A stretch of 64,000 nt of DNA. Origin: Lama glama (lineage: Eukaryota). The stretch covers positions 89,468,001-89,532,000 of the forward strand of contig CM052816.1 of assembly GCA_028534125.1 (NCBI GenBank). Reading direction: 5' to 3'. The translations under genes were made by a program, and so were the position numbers. Below are positions 39,031-50,090 of the stretch, one piece after another; position 1 is the stretch's first letter; each line of letters opens with the position of its first letter. The notes beneath the pieces were generated by a model, which did no database searches, was not told the DNA's origin, and worked only from the letters and a program-made list of their open reading frames with translations.

Positions 39031-41049
39031 CGCTTATTAGATTGCTTTTGCAAATAACCCATACATGTGTAAGTGTTTCCTCCAAGTCTCATACATCATC
39101 CCCATATAATCTTCCGTTAAGAGGAAAAGTATAATTTGAAGGATATTTTAAACATCTTGTCCAGTTATATATACTCTAGCCTCAGTTTACATTGGTTCAT
39201 TTTTGACAGCTGTGAACTAGAATATTAAAATACAATTCTCAAAACTCTTAATTCCTCAACTTTCATAATTAATCCCAAGTTAGGACCTATATCACCTAGG
39301 CAAATGGTTACTTGATTTTATACTTGCTGGATATATCTAAAAATGTCAAATTCCTATTAACATTTGCCAAAAATCTAAATATATGTGTGTGCGTGTGTAT
39401 GTGTATGTATGTATATAGATGTTCATGAAGTATTAAGTGTTGTGTGTTTTTGAAGTTTGTGAAAGGAAGTGTATTTTATTACAAAAATATTTTAAACAGG
39501 TACCTACTGAGAATGTTTTATCTATTTTGTTGTTGGATAAACAGTTTCATAGACACATGTCCCTTCTTAATTTTAAATATTAGCATTGAATGATCCTGCA
39601 TATTACCCCCAACCTAGTCCTGTATCGTTTCTTTTCTCTGACATTTCTGTCTTCCCTTTTTCTGAGTTTTTATTACTGTGGCTAGGCAGAAATCCAAGGG
39701 TAGTTAAACAGAGCTATTTAGTTCTACTTGAGTTGAAATTCAGTTGCAACCCCATGAATAAGACTCTTTGGATTCAAGCATTGCCCGTATAGCGAGCCCT
39801 TATGTTGTATATTTCCCAAGAGTTAGGCTGCAAAGAAGAGTAAGAAGTAACATGAGTGAGGACATGTGCCTCGTGTTACATCTACCATGTAAACATAGAT
39901 TATATATTTTTCAAATTCAAATAAAAGCCTATTCATTCTAAAAGTATTTAACACTAATACTACCACTTAATGTTAGAAAGCTCTGTCTGTGGGATGCTTT
40001 AAAGAGAGGGGGTTGTTCTGATAAAGATGCCACACACTTTCAGAATCTTAATTTACCTTATAAACAGAAGAAAACCCATTTTCTTCCAGACTAACAGTTC
40101 TGAAGTGATCAGATTTCTAAAAGGAGGCAAATTCTGCCATATTTCATAGGGGTATGTTGACAACAGTGTCGTCTGGGCTTTGCTGATAGCTGCGGCAGGG
40201 AGCTTCGAGGTTGAATAATATTTTTCAATTTTAGGTTCAACTTTCAAATACAGAAACCATTGTTCTAAGACTATCCCCGAATGGAAAGTTTCCTGAAGAC
40301 AGATTACTTTAAACAATGTAATAACCAGATTGCCAACTGATTACATTTTAATCGATATTATTCTTTTTCTTTGACAAGATTTCCCACGTCTAAGCAATTC
40401 AGCCCTCATCCTCCTGCATCCTCGGCAACAAGCCTCAGGGGAAGGGAGATTATGAGGATTTTTTGTTTTTTGTTTTGGGGGATTTTTGTGATATCAACTC
40501 AAGTCAAAGAAGTAAATCAGTTTCAGGGCCCCACGGCCTCATGCTCTGTGAAAGCCCAATGCTGTATCTCGTTACCACTCTTCTGTAGTGTCTGGATCTG
40601 ATGTCTCTTCTCCAAATCAGATTTGCTTTATATTTTGGTCTTTCCTCGCTTAAACTGATTTTGCAAGTTGAATTTTCTTTCATTAACCTATAGTTTTTAT
40701 TAGAACAATCTGCACAAAATGGCCGGTTCCTTGTTTTGATCCCACAGGTACAAGCGATATGTTCTGTTTTTGTCAGGTCTTATTTTCATTAAGTGAGCTC
40801 CTAGGTTTCTTGGGATGCTTCATAGTCTGGATTTATGGGATGCTATTAATGTCTTCTGTCATGGCTGTGCCTGTCTGTGCACAGGTTGTTATGAGGTTTC
40901 ATGTTGAGCAATATGTTCTACATAGGCGTTAACACCGTGTGCCTATGTGAGGCATGGGTTGTATTTCAATTATATTTATAATCTGTTTTAGAAAGTATGA
41001 TGAATTTTGTAATATTTCCATCACCACAATCACCTGTATTCCGAGTGTT

Positions 41050-42440
41050 TCCCCATGTTAAAGTGGAAGAAGTTTCCTCTGTTACTTTCAATGGAAATCC
41101 CAATATTCATGCTCTGGAAACCAATCTGTTCACATTCTCACGATTTTTATCTTTTTAGATATTCCCCTCTTTCAAAATGATCATTCTCTCCAGCAAAGAC
41201 AATGCCTATTATTTCCCACATCAGAAAAAATTAATTTGTTGAACCCACTTCTCTGATGACATAAGGCACCATTTTTCTGACCTTCACTTCAGGTAACGAT
41301 ATTCAATCAAGCATCACGACGCATGGGCTTCATATATTCGCATTCAATATACTTTTGAATCCATTGCAATAAAACTTTCAACCTTTCATATTTTATTGAA
41401 ACTACTCTTTTTCAAGTTAGCCAAAGATGTCCATCCTGCTAAATCCAATTCAACCTTTACTAACCTCATTCAGCTTCTTTATAGAATTCACCCCAGCTGT
41501 CCACACTCCTTTCTTGGCTTCTGCACCACCCCACTCGCCCAATTTCCCTTCTCCCCTGAGCTGCACCGTCCCCTGAAGCATCTCCTATGCAGATGCTGGG
41601 ATGCTTTATACCCAAAGATGGAGTTCTGTACCGCTCCATCTGTCACGTCCTTTCCTTACAATTCTCTCCCAGATGAAATTATATTGTTCCCATTACAGTA
41701 CATTTAGGCTGATACATCCTCAGCTGTATATTTCCCATTCATTCAGAAAGCACATTGGAAGTCCAGACCCACATCTAATTTTCTATTTTTTATTCCACAT
41801 GTTTATTAATTGACATCCAAGGCATAACATGTCAAAGCCACTGATTTCTGCCCGACTCTTTTTCTCCTAAAGGGATTGTTTCTTTCCCTCTTTAACTCTG
41901 AATGGGCTTATCAGCTACATGCTAGATCAAATACACAGACACAACACAAAAATCATTCATGATTTCTTCTTTTCACTAATGCCACTCCAACAAAAAGCTT
42001 TATAGGTTGTAGCCAAAATATAGCACTGTTTTATACACTTCTGTCCGTTTCCTTGTTTTTTTCCACCTGTGCCCATGATGACAATTATTTCTTTTCTGAG
42101 TTGTTTTTAATGTTCTGTGTTCCAAGATTCCAAAGTAGCCACTGGAATTTTTTTTCAGAACGTAAGTTGATCTGTTATTTATTTTGTTTAAATTGTTTCC
42201 ATTGCTTCTATCAAAAAGTCAAAACCCTTGACTTGTGCTACAGGGCGGGCATGTCCTACCCCCTGGCCATCACTTCATTATTCTGCCAGTTACATGGAAA
42301 CATCCATTTGTTACGGAACCACGTCAAGCTTTTTCTGCACTTTGGATCTTTGTACTTTATGTCCCTATATTCAAATATTCTTCCCCTTGCACTTCTCACA
42401 TGACAGTTCATTCTTTTTTCTTCAGACGTAGAAGAAATGT
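41050..42440 (+). mobile_element. L2 LINE relic
   Basis: ttgaaactactctttttcaagttagccaaagatgtccatcctgctaaatccaat, cactccttt...ggcttctgcaccaccccactc, aacatgtcaaagc; pyrimidine-rich L2-like composition. Confidence 0.65.
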
Positions 42441-42551
42441 AACTTAAGCTAAGAGTAATGAAGAGGGATGAAGGATTAGCGGTTTAAGGAGACAAGAAAA
42501 CTCCCTCCTTAAACCCGTTGAGGAATGGTGTGGAACTTTCCTAGAACATAT

Positions 42552-43082
42552 TGTTAGATAGTGAAGTGGGGCACCAGGCAGATAGGTGGAGGAGAGGGAG
42601 GATGGTCGGGAAGTTGGGGTTATGCCTGCCTCCAGCAGAAAGGGATTTTTACTTCTTCTAAATGAGGGCCAGCAAGAAACTGGTTAGAACCAGTCAGGAC
42701 TATGCAGTATTGAAAAACTTAATGGAACACGACCCAGTGCTCATTGTAATATAATTAACACTGTGGTGTAGCCCCTACCACGGGTTTTTCTGTGTACATC
42801 ATGGGTAAGGACTTGTGCAAAGGAAACAAACATGACTCGGCATTCCAGGGGCAAGAGCCCTCAATCAATCAAAAGGCCGCCTCTAAGCCAGGGTGAGAGA
42901 GAGGGCAAAACAAAGACCACTTTCCCTCCCTTGGATCAGCCCGCCTCCCACTCTTGAAGGTGGATTTTTCTTTTCCTAAATAAGTCCTTCAAAAATCTTT
43001 CACTATGCAATGCGTCTCCCATCTGTAATCTTGTCCTCAGGTAAGACAAGGACTGAGGTCTTTTCCTTTTTTGGGGGTAACA
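42552..43082 (+). mobile_element. ERV1-class solo LTR, 531 bp, sense to CDH18
   Basis: Terminal inverted repeat TGTTA...TAACA and a perfect 4-bp target-site duplication ATAT (42548-42551, 43083-43086). U5-like end gtaatcttgtcctcaggtaagacaaggac...gggggtaaca. Confidence 0.85.
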
Positions 43083-43139
43083 ATATAATGATTGTTTACT
43101 ATATTATTTATTCAGATTTATGTTAATTAACTTGTTGAA

Positions 43140-43560
43140 TAATGTAAAACCCCACAACTCAGGGGTATAGAAAAAAGTAATTTATAGCCATGGTGTGTGT
43201 GTCTGAGTCAGCTGGGATCAGCTGAACCAGACTGGCTTTTGTTTGCCAGCTCTGCGTACCCCCAGTGCATTCCATCATGCATCTGCTCATTTATTAGGTA
43301 GCTCTGCGCTAGGTGGGGAATCTGAACTGGGCCAACCCTATGTCTCTCACCTTTCTTCTGGGAACCAGTGGACTAGCCCTGGCATGATCTTCTTCTGGCA
43401 GTGGTAGAGTGTAAGAGGGAACTTGCAAAGTCTCAGGACACCTAAACCCAAATATGGAACAGGGCACCATCACTTTCCACTCATTCCGTTGCCAAAGTAA
43501 GCTGGGGGCCAAATCTAAGGTAAGAAAGCCATGCACAATTACATGAGCTTGGCAGGGAAG
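43140..43560 (-). mobile_element. MLT1H/J-like MaLR LTR
   Basis: ggaaccagtggactagccctggcatg...catcactttccactcattccgttgccaaagtaag. Confidence 0.6.
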
Positions 43561-44136
43561 AAGATGTGTGGTCAGTAAAGCAACCTACTTCCTGTTTATT
43601 CATTCTTTCACTCTTTGACTAAGAGAAGATGCTAAGTGATGGAGACACAATGGTAATTAATTAAAATGTTTTGTTTTTCACTTTGTGTTTATCTTCCAAC
43701 TTCAGGTATAATGAAATTCCAAGATAAATTAATCTCTAACATCTGTTATCCTTAAAAAAAACTGTACATATAACAATGAGAAGTTTAATCAAAGTTTTAT
43801 TTTTTCCAGTGGACTGTAGGCTTCACAGAGAAGTTTTTTTTTTTTGGTCTCTCCCTCATTAATTACTGTGCTTTTGTTCATGGAGTCTAGTAGGTGTATG
43901 TTTTAAACTTTTTGAGTTAGTAATTGAAGTGACAGAAAAAACGAGTGACAGAAAAATAATTGATATCAGTTCTATGCAAATATAAAATGGCCAGGCAAAT
44001 CTTAAGAGCCAAATATGGAAAGTAAAAATGCATGTTTCAATACTTGAATGTATTAGATTAATACCTCCCTTGATTCAGTTTTCTTTTCTTTATTATAGCG
44101 TCGGGTAAAAGAAAATGTATCTATTTGTTTCTCTAG

Positions 44137-44273
44137 ATATTTCATCGACTACAAAGCTGAAGATGACAGATTTTTCAACATTGATGCCAACACTGGAACC
44201 ATTAAGACCACCAAGGTCCTTGATAGAGAGGAAACTCCGTGGTACAACATCACAGTTGCTGCTTCAGAAAATG
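44137..44273 (+). CDS. CDH18: Cadherin-18 internal coding exon (137 nt, phase 2-1), EC4
   Basis: Acceptor tttgtttctctag|A and donor ATG|gtaaac. The split codon AG+A gives Arg. Translates YFIDYKAEDDRFFNIDANTGTIKTTKVLDREETPWYNITVAASEN, with the LDRE motif. The ORF track shows only a different frame here. Confidence 0.95.
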
Positions 44274-45199
44274 GTAAACGTCTTTATTTTATTATCATAG
44301 GAAAGAAGTCACTTATACATGAAGATTTATACTGAGATCTTCTCCAGAGCAAGGCTTTTGCCACTTTTATTGTTTATGCCAGGGGCGAGCAGAGTGCACA
44401 GAATGCAGTAGACACAATTATTCATTGTCAGATACAGTGAATAAATCTTATACCTTTTCCTTTACTTTAATCCCCTCATAGTGGTGGGAAGTTGGCATCA
44501 CAGAACACTTAGTCTGCATCACTGAGTCAAAATACTTGGTTCTCTTCGTAATTGTGAGACTTGCTTTGTTATGTGCCTATGCCTTACTTAAGTAGAAGAG
44601 GAATACTTCATATGCGGCGAAACGGTTTAGGAAAATAAAAAGAAGAGAAGAAAATCTTAACATTGTACTTGAATTATTTTATCAATAAAGCACCCCTCCT
44701 CCAGCTTCAATTAACATCAAAACTTTTACAGTAAAAGAATAACTCTTGGGATTTCCACGGGCAGGTCTGTGTCCCTTTTAAGAGAAGTATATCATACACA
44801 GCTGAGGAAGGCTCTTGTCTCATCCTCATCCAGAGCATGGCATTATGCTAAATACCTAGGTTTTGAAAAAAGCATAAATACCAATAATTATCTCTGAGTT
44901 CAAAAAGATGTGCATGACTATGTTCAAATGAAATTAGAATAAAATGCTAGGAAAACGGATTTACTGTCATGAAAATGAAATCTTTCTTTACATGTTGAGA
45001 AATAAACCAGAGGTACAAATTGCCCCAAGTTTAGCATTGTATGCAGAAAGTATGTATAATTTTAAAAGATTTCTACATATTCACAAGAGAACTATAAATA
45101 TATTAAAATTAAGAATACTTCACATTAAGAAAACAGTGCTATGTAAAAAGTAATTATGTTCTCTTTTGCTTGTCCTCAGAAGGTATGAGAAATTTAAAA

Positions 45200-46225
45200 A
45201 AATTGAAACTTCATTTATAAATAATTTACAAATCATGCAATTCACCCTTTCAAAGGGTACAGTTTAATGACTTTTAGTATATTCAGACTTGTGCATCAAT
45301 CACTACAGTCTGTTTTAGAATATATTCATGATTTCAGAAAGAAATCCTGTACCCCTTGGTCATCACCGTTTAAACCCCACTCCTTGTGCCTCAACTCAAG
45401 AAGCCACTAATCTGCTTCCAGTTTCTATAGACGTCTTAGTCTGTTTGGGCCAATATAACAAAATGCCATAAACTGAGTGCTTCAAACAACAAACATTTAT
45501 TTCTCACAGTTCTGGAGGCTGGAAGTCCAAGATTAAGGGGCAACAGCTTTGCTATCTGGTGAAAACCCAGTCCAGGTTCATAAGTGGCTGCCTTCTTCTG
45601 GTGAACTCACCTGGTACAAGGGCAAAGAATCTCTCTGGAGGCACTAATCTCACAGATGAGTGTTCCACTCTGAATTTTGGCAAGGGAACATGAACATTCA
45701 GTCTATAGCATTTCATATAAAAGAATCATATGACCCGTGGTCCTTTGTGACTGGCTTACTTCGCTCAGCGCGGTATTTTCAAAGTTCATTTACACTGTAG
45801 CATGTAGCAGTGTTTCATTCGTTCTTATTGCTAAAAAATATTCCACTATACGGATATACTACATTTTATTTGTCCCTTTGTCACTTTATCTATCAGGGCA
45901 GATGTTTGGGCTGTTTCTACTTCTTGCCTAGTTTGAATAATGCTGTTATGAACATGACTATGAGTATCTCCATATGGATGGGTTTTCATTTCTCTTGGGT
46001 GTGTACCTAAGAGTGGGATTACGAGGTCACACAGAAACTCTATATTTAAACTTTGGACGAGCAACCAGACTGTCTTCCAAAGTTGCTACATTTTACATTC
46101 ATACCATCTCTGTATGAGGGTTCCAATTTCTCTATATTGTTATCAATGTTTATCATTACATACCTTTTTGATTATATCCATTCTAGTGGGCATGGGGTGA
46201 TAGCTCATTGTGGTTTATGTACTTT
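45200..46225 (-). mobile_element. L1MB-like LINE-1 3' end, interrupted by MLT1A
   Basis: caattcaccctttcaaagggtacagtttaatgacttttagtatattc..., tttcatataaaagaatcat..., tttgaataatgctgttatgaacat, ccattctagtggg...gctcattgtggttt. Confidence 0.85.
45432..45710 (-). mobile_element. MLT1A-like MaLR solo LTR (internally deleted) nested in L1
   Basis: gtcttagtctgtttggg...aacatttatttctcacagttctggaggctggaagtccaagattaagg...aacattcagtctatagca. Confidence 0.8.
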
Positions 46226-46358
46226 TATAATGCTCTTTATTACAAATCAATAATTAAACCACTCCAGTCTTCTCTTGTTCTACCTGAATTTTTCATGTTT
46301 TGCATCTGAAAAATCAACTCAAGTGGTTTCCATTTAGATAATTTTTTCGACATAATGT

Positions 46359-46858
46359 NNNNNNNNNNNNNNNNNNNNNNNNNNNNNNNNNNNNNNNNNN
46401 NNNNNNNNNNNNNNNNNNNNNNNNNNNNNNNNNNNNNNNNNNNNNNNNNNNNNNNNNNNNNNNNNNNNNNNNNNNNNNNNNNNNNNNNNNNNNNNNNNNN
46501 NNNNNNNNNNNNNNNNNNNNNNNNNNNNNNNNNNNNNNNNNNNNNNNNNNNNNNNNNNNNNNNNNNNNNNNNNNNNNNNNNNNNNNNNNNNNNNNNNNNN
46601 NNNNNNNNNNNNNNNNNNNNNNNNNNNNNNNNNNNNNNNNNNNNNNNNNNNNNNNNNNNNNNNNNNNNNNNNNNNNNNNNNNNNNNNNNNNNNNNNNNNN
46701 NNNNNNNNNNNNNNNNNNNNNNNNNNNNNNNNNNNNNNNNNNNNNNNNNNNNNNNNNNNNNNNNNNNNNNNNNNNNNNNNNNNNNNNNNNNNNNNNNNNN
46801 NNNNNNNNNNNNNNNNNNNNNNNNNNNNNNNNNNNNNNNNNNNNNNNNNNNNNNNNNN
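46359..46858. other. Assembly gap, exactly 500 N
   Basis: Run of N. Confidence 0.99.
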
Positions 46859-47899
46859 GTGTCTTGTCTTCTCATCCTCTGGACAGTGTCTTTCATGAAC
46901 AGAAAACAGATTTTTAAAAATCTTAATCTAACGGTTTTGAGGAGACTGTTGTTCTAAGGAGTTACAATTAGGAGTCAATGTTTTAAAATACCTATTCATC
47001 CTACCTAGGGGTTTGTGCAAGTAAGAGAAAGGGGCCTCATCTGGGCAGGTGAAGAAATGAACCAGAATTTAAGAGAAAATAAAAGCAAAGCAACTCTGTG
47101 CCAAAACAAAACAAAGCAAAACACACACACACACAAACCAAAACAAAAAATGTTGCCCCCTTCCTTGAGGTGAACAGGCCTCATGCTAGAGGGCCAGTGT
47201 GAAGGTTGAGGGTTGTCACAGCTGAAGTGAGCATCCTTTGAGCAGGCAGGCAGAGCGCAGGCGCAATGCAGCTGTTAATTACATGGTGTTTGGCTCTGCC
47301 TTCTTTCATCCTGTGGTTCTGGGTCAAAGCATTTTTGCAGCTGCCTAGTCATGCAGGAAAGGCAGGAAACATGGATCTGGTCTGTGACATCTTTTGCTGC
47401 TGCAGCTAAATGTAACCAGCTGCTATTTGTCCTTGCAGGGAGCACTTTACAGACGTGTCATCCTAACAGAAATCTCTGTGAAATAGAGAGGAAAGGTATC
47501 ATTCTCATTTTTTTAGATAAAAGAACATGAGACTCATACAAAATATGAATCTAAATATTTTGGTTCCTAGATCTGCACTCATCCTAACATGGTCCTCCAT
47601 GGAAATCGATGTCCATGGGACCTAAGTACCAGTCAGGTATTTGAATTGATTGAGGTTTATTCTGTTACTTATTTTTAAAATGCGTTCTGTGACATAAGAT
47701 TATTTTCAGCATTTTAAAGAACACACTAAGAATCAAATGAATTCAATATGTTGTCTCTGCTCAGGGGAATAGAAAGTGTTGCCTTCTTATCAGGTGTCAC
47801 AGTCTCTGGGGAAGAGAACGTTCTAAATAAATACCTGTGGAACATTTCTGTTACCGGCAGCAATGTAATTCATAATACAGCTATTTGATAACTTCTATG

Positions 47900-48882
47900 A
47901 CTCTTCCATTAATGTGTAACAAATACTCATATGATTTCTGTAGGGCAGAAATCCAGGAGGGTTCAGCTGCATTCTCTGCTTTAGATCTGGAAAGACTGAA
48001 GTCATGTGTCAGCTGGGCTGGGCTCTTATTGGGAGGCTCCAGGGAAGAATCTGATTATTTACTTACTTACTTATTTATTTATTTTCATTGAAGTATAATC
48101 AGTTTACAATGTTGTGTCAATTTCTGAGGTACAGCACAAGGCTTCAGTCACATAGGAACATACATATATTTGTTTTTGTATTCTTTTTCACCATAAGTTA
48201 CTACAAGATATTGAATAAAGTTTCCTGTGCTATACAGCATAAATTTGTTGTTTATTTTATACATATTAGTTAGTATCTGCAAATCTCGAGCTCTCAGTTT
48301 ACCCCTTCCCACACCCTCCCCCCCAGTACTCATGTTTGTTTTCTACGTCTGTGAATCTGTTTCTGTTTTGTAAATAAGTCTGTTTGTTTGTTTGTTTGTT
48401 TTTTTAGACTCTACATGTAAGCAATATCATATGATATTTTTCTTTCTCTTTCTGGCTTACTTCGTGAAGAATCTGATTTAATGCTCGTTCTTTCTGTCAG
48501 AATCCACTTCCTTGAGGATGTGGGTCTCCCTTTTTTTTTCTAGTTGTCAACTTGGGCATCTCTCTCCTCTTAGAGGCTGCTGGCCTTCCTCCGCATATAG
48601 CCCCCACCTTCTTCAAACAAGTGACTGTGTGTCATGTCCTTCTTATGCCTGAATTTCTTTAACTTTCTCTTCTGCTGCCATCTGGAGAAAGTCTCTGCTT
48701 TTAGTGGCCTTCACCTGATTGGGTCAGGCCCACCCAGATAAACTCTATATTTTAAGGTCAAATGACTTGGGACTTTAATTTTATCTGCAAAAATCCCTTC
48801 ACAACAGTATTCAGATTCATATTAAGTTGAATAACCAAGGACAGGAATCTTGTGCTGGCATCTTTAGAATTCTACCTACCAT
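47900..48882 (-). mobile_element. MLT1E-like MaLR LTR split by a younger L1
   Basis: gtgtcagctgggctgggctcttattgggaggctccagggaagaatctg | ...gggtcaggcccacccagataa...ggcatctttagaattctacctacca. Confidence 0.75.
48057..48465 (-). mobile_element. Young 5'-truncated LINE-1 3' end (artiodactyl/camelid type), about 0.4 kb
   Basis: T-rich tail, ttgaagtataatcagtttacaatgttgtgtcaatttctg...ttccctgtgctataca-like motif, and a 13-bp target-site duplication GAAGAATCTGATT (48044-48056, 48466-48478). Confidence 0.88.
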
Positions 48883-48913
48883 GACCCTAAAATATCTGTA
48901 AAAATTTGGCAAG

Positions 48914-48914
<1 letters not shown>

Positions 48915-48966
<52 letters not shown>

Positions 48967-48991
48967 TACTACTACTACTACTACTACTACT
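48915..48991. repeat. Compound microsatellite (TTA)17(CTA)8
   Basis: Counted directly from the sequence. Confidence 0.95.
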
Positions 48992-49697
48992 GGATAGTAC
49001 ATATCCTTTCAAACCTGTATGCTGCGGTTTACTTGTCCTTCTATATGACTTCTTAGTACAGTAACAGCTCTATTAGGTACTCAAAAAGTAGTTCTTAATA
49101 TATTTTTTCCAAGTGAATTTCTCATCATCTCCCTCCATTTCTTTGTTAGAGCCTCAGTGCAGGATACTGTATATTTTGTCCCAACTGTGTTTTAAAATCT
49201 GCCATTATGATCATTCTTCTTAATAGCTAAATCCAATGAGTATATTTTCTTTATTATTTCCCCTTGATTTCTTTGTGATATTTGACTATATTAATCATTC
49301 TCCTCCTCTTGGAATGTTCTACTTCCTTAGTATCCATCCCAGTACTCTGGTGTGATGTGCTTTATCACCTTTATCCTAAAGTATACATTAACTGACTCAC
49401 TCGAAATGCATTCATCAATGATACTTGCTAGGTAGTGTAGTGATTTAGGCACTAATGGTATTGAAGACATATTTGGTTTTTGAGGAATTTAAGAGTCTCA
49501 TGCAAAAGACAAAGTAAGCATATAATTGCATTATGAATAATTACTGTGCTTTTTAGGGACTAGAGAAACATAAAACATGGTTGCTTAGTCTCTCTAAGAG
49601 GATGAGTGGAGATGTCAAAGAAAGGATAACGCATGGATTCAGTCTTGAGATGAAGGATGAGTAAAGGTTAAACTGCATTCTGCTGTCAGCTGGACCT

Positions 49698-50090
49698 GGA
49701 TTAGTCAAGGTTCTTCAGACAAACAGAACCTATAGGATTCAGAGCCAATAAAGAGATTTAGTGTAAGGAATTAGCTCATGTTGGCTCATCCAGTTACGGA
49801 GGCTGGCAGGTCTGAAATCCTCAGATCCCATGTCCTAGGGCACGTGTTAAGGCCAGAACCCAGAAGAGCCAATACCTCAGAAACCATCAGGCAAGAGAAT
49901 TCTCTTGTATTCAGAGAAGACTCAGCCTTTTGTTCCATTCAAGTCTTCAATTAACTGGATGAAACCCACTCACATAGTAGAGAACAATCTACTTTACTCG
50001 GTCTTCCAATTTAAATGTTAATCTTATCCAGAAACACTCTTACAAACACACACAAAATAGTGTTTGACCAAATATCTGGGGACCCCATGA
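49698..50090 (-). mobile_element. MLT2 (ERVL) solo LTR
   Basis: attagtcaaggttcttcagacaaacagaacctatagga...aaggaattagctca...ttaaatgttaatcttatccagaaacac...gtttgaccaaatatctgggga. Confidence 0.8.

Noticed and set aside
42481..42515. 11-bp hairpin GGTTTAAGGAG...CTCCTTAAACC as a possible ncRNA or terminator
   Set aside because: It is too short for a pre-miRNA, and there is no other support for a function.
44115..44300. 61-aa ORF MYLFVSLD...
   Set aside because: It is an out-of-frame reading across the real CDH18 exon.
46240..46957. Long ORFs of 218 and 200 aa
   Set aside because: Artefacts of translating through the N gap
48817..49002. Poly-Val/poly-Ile membrane-like peptide
   Set aside because: It is the translation of the (TTA)n(CTA)n microsatellite plus the end of an MLT1 LTR.
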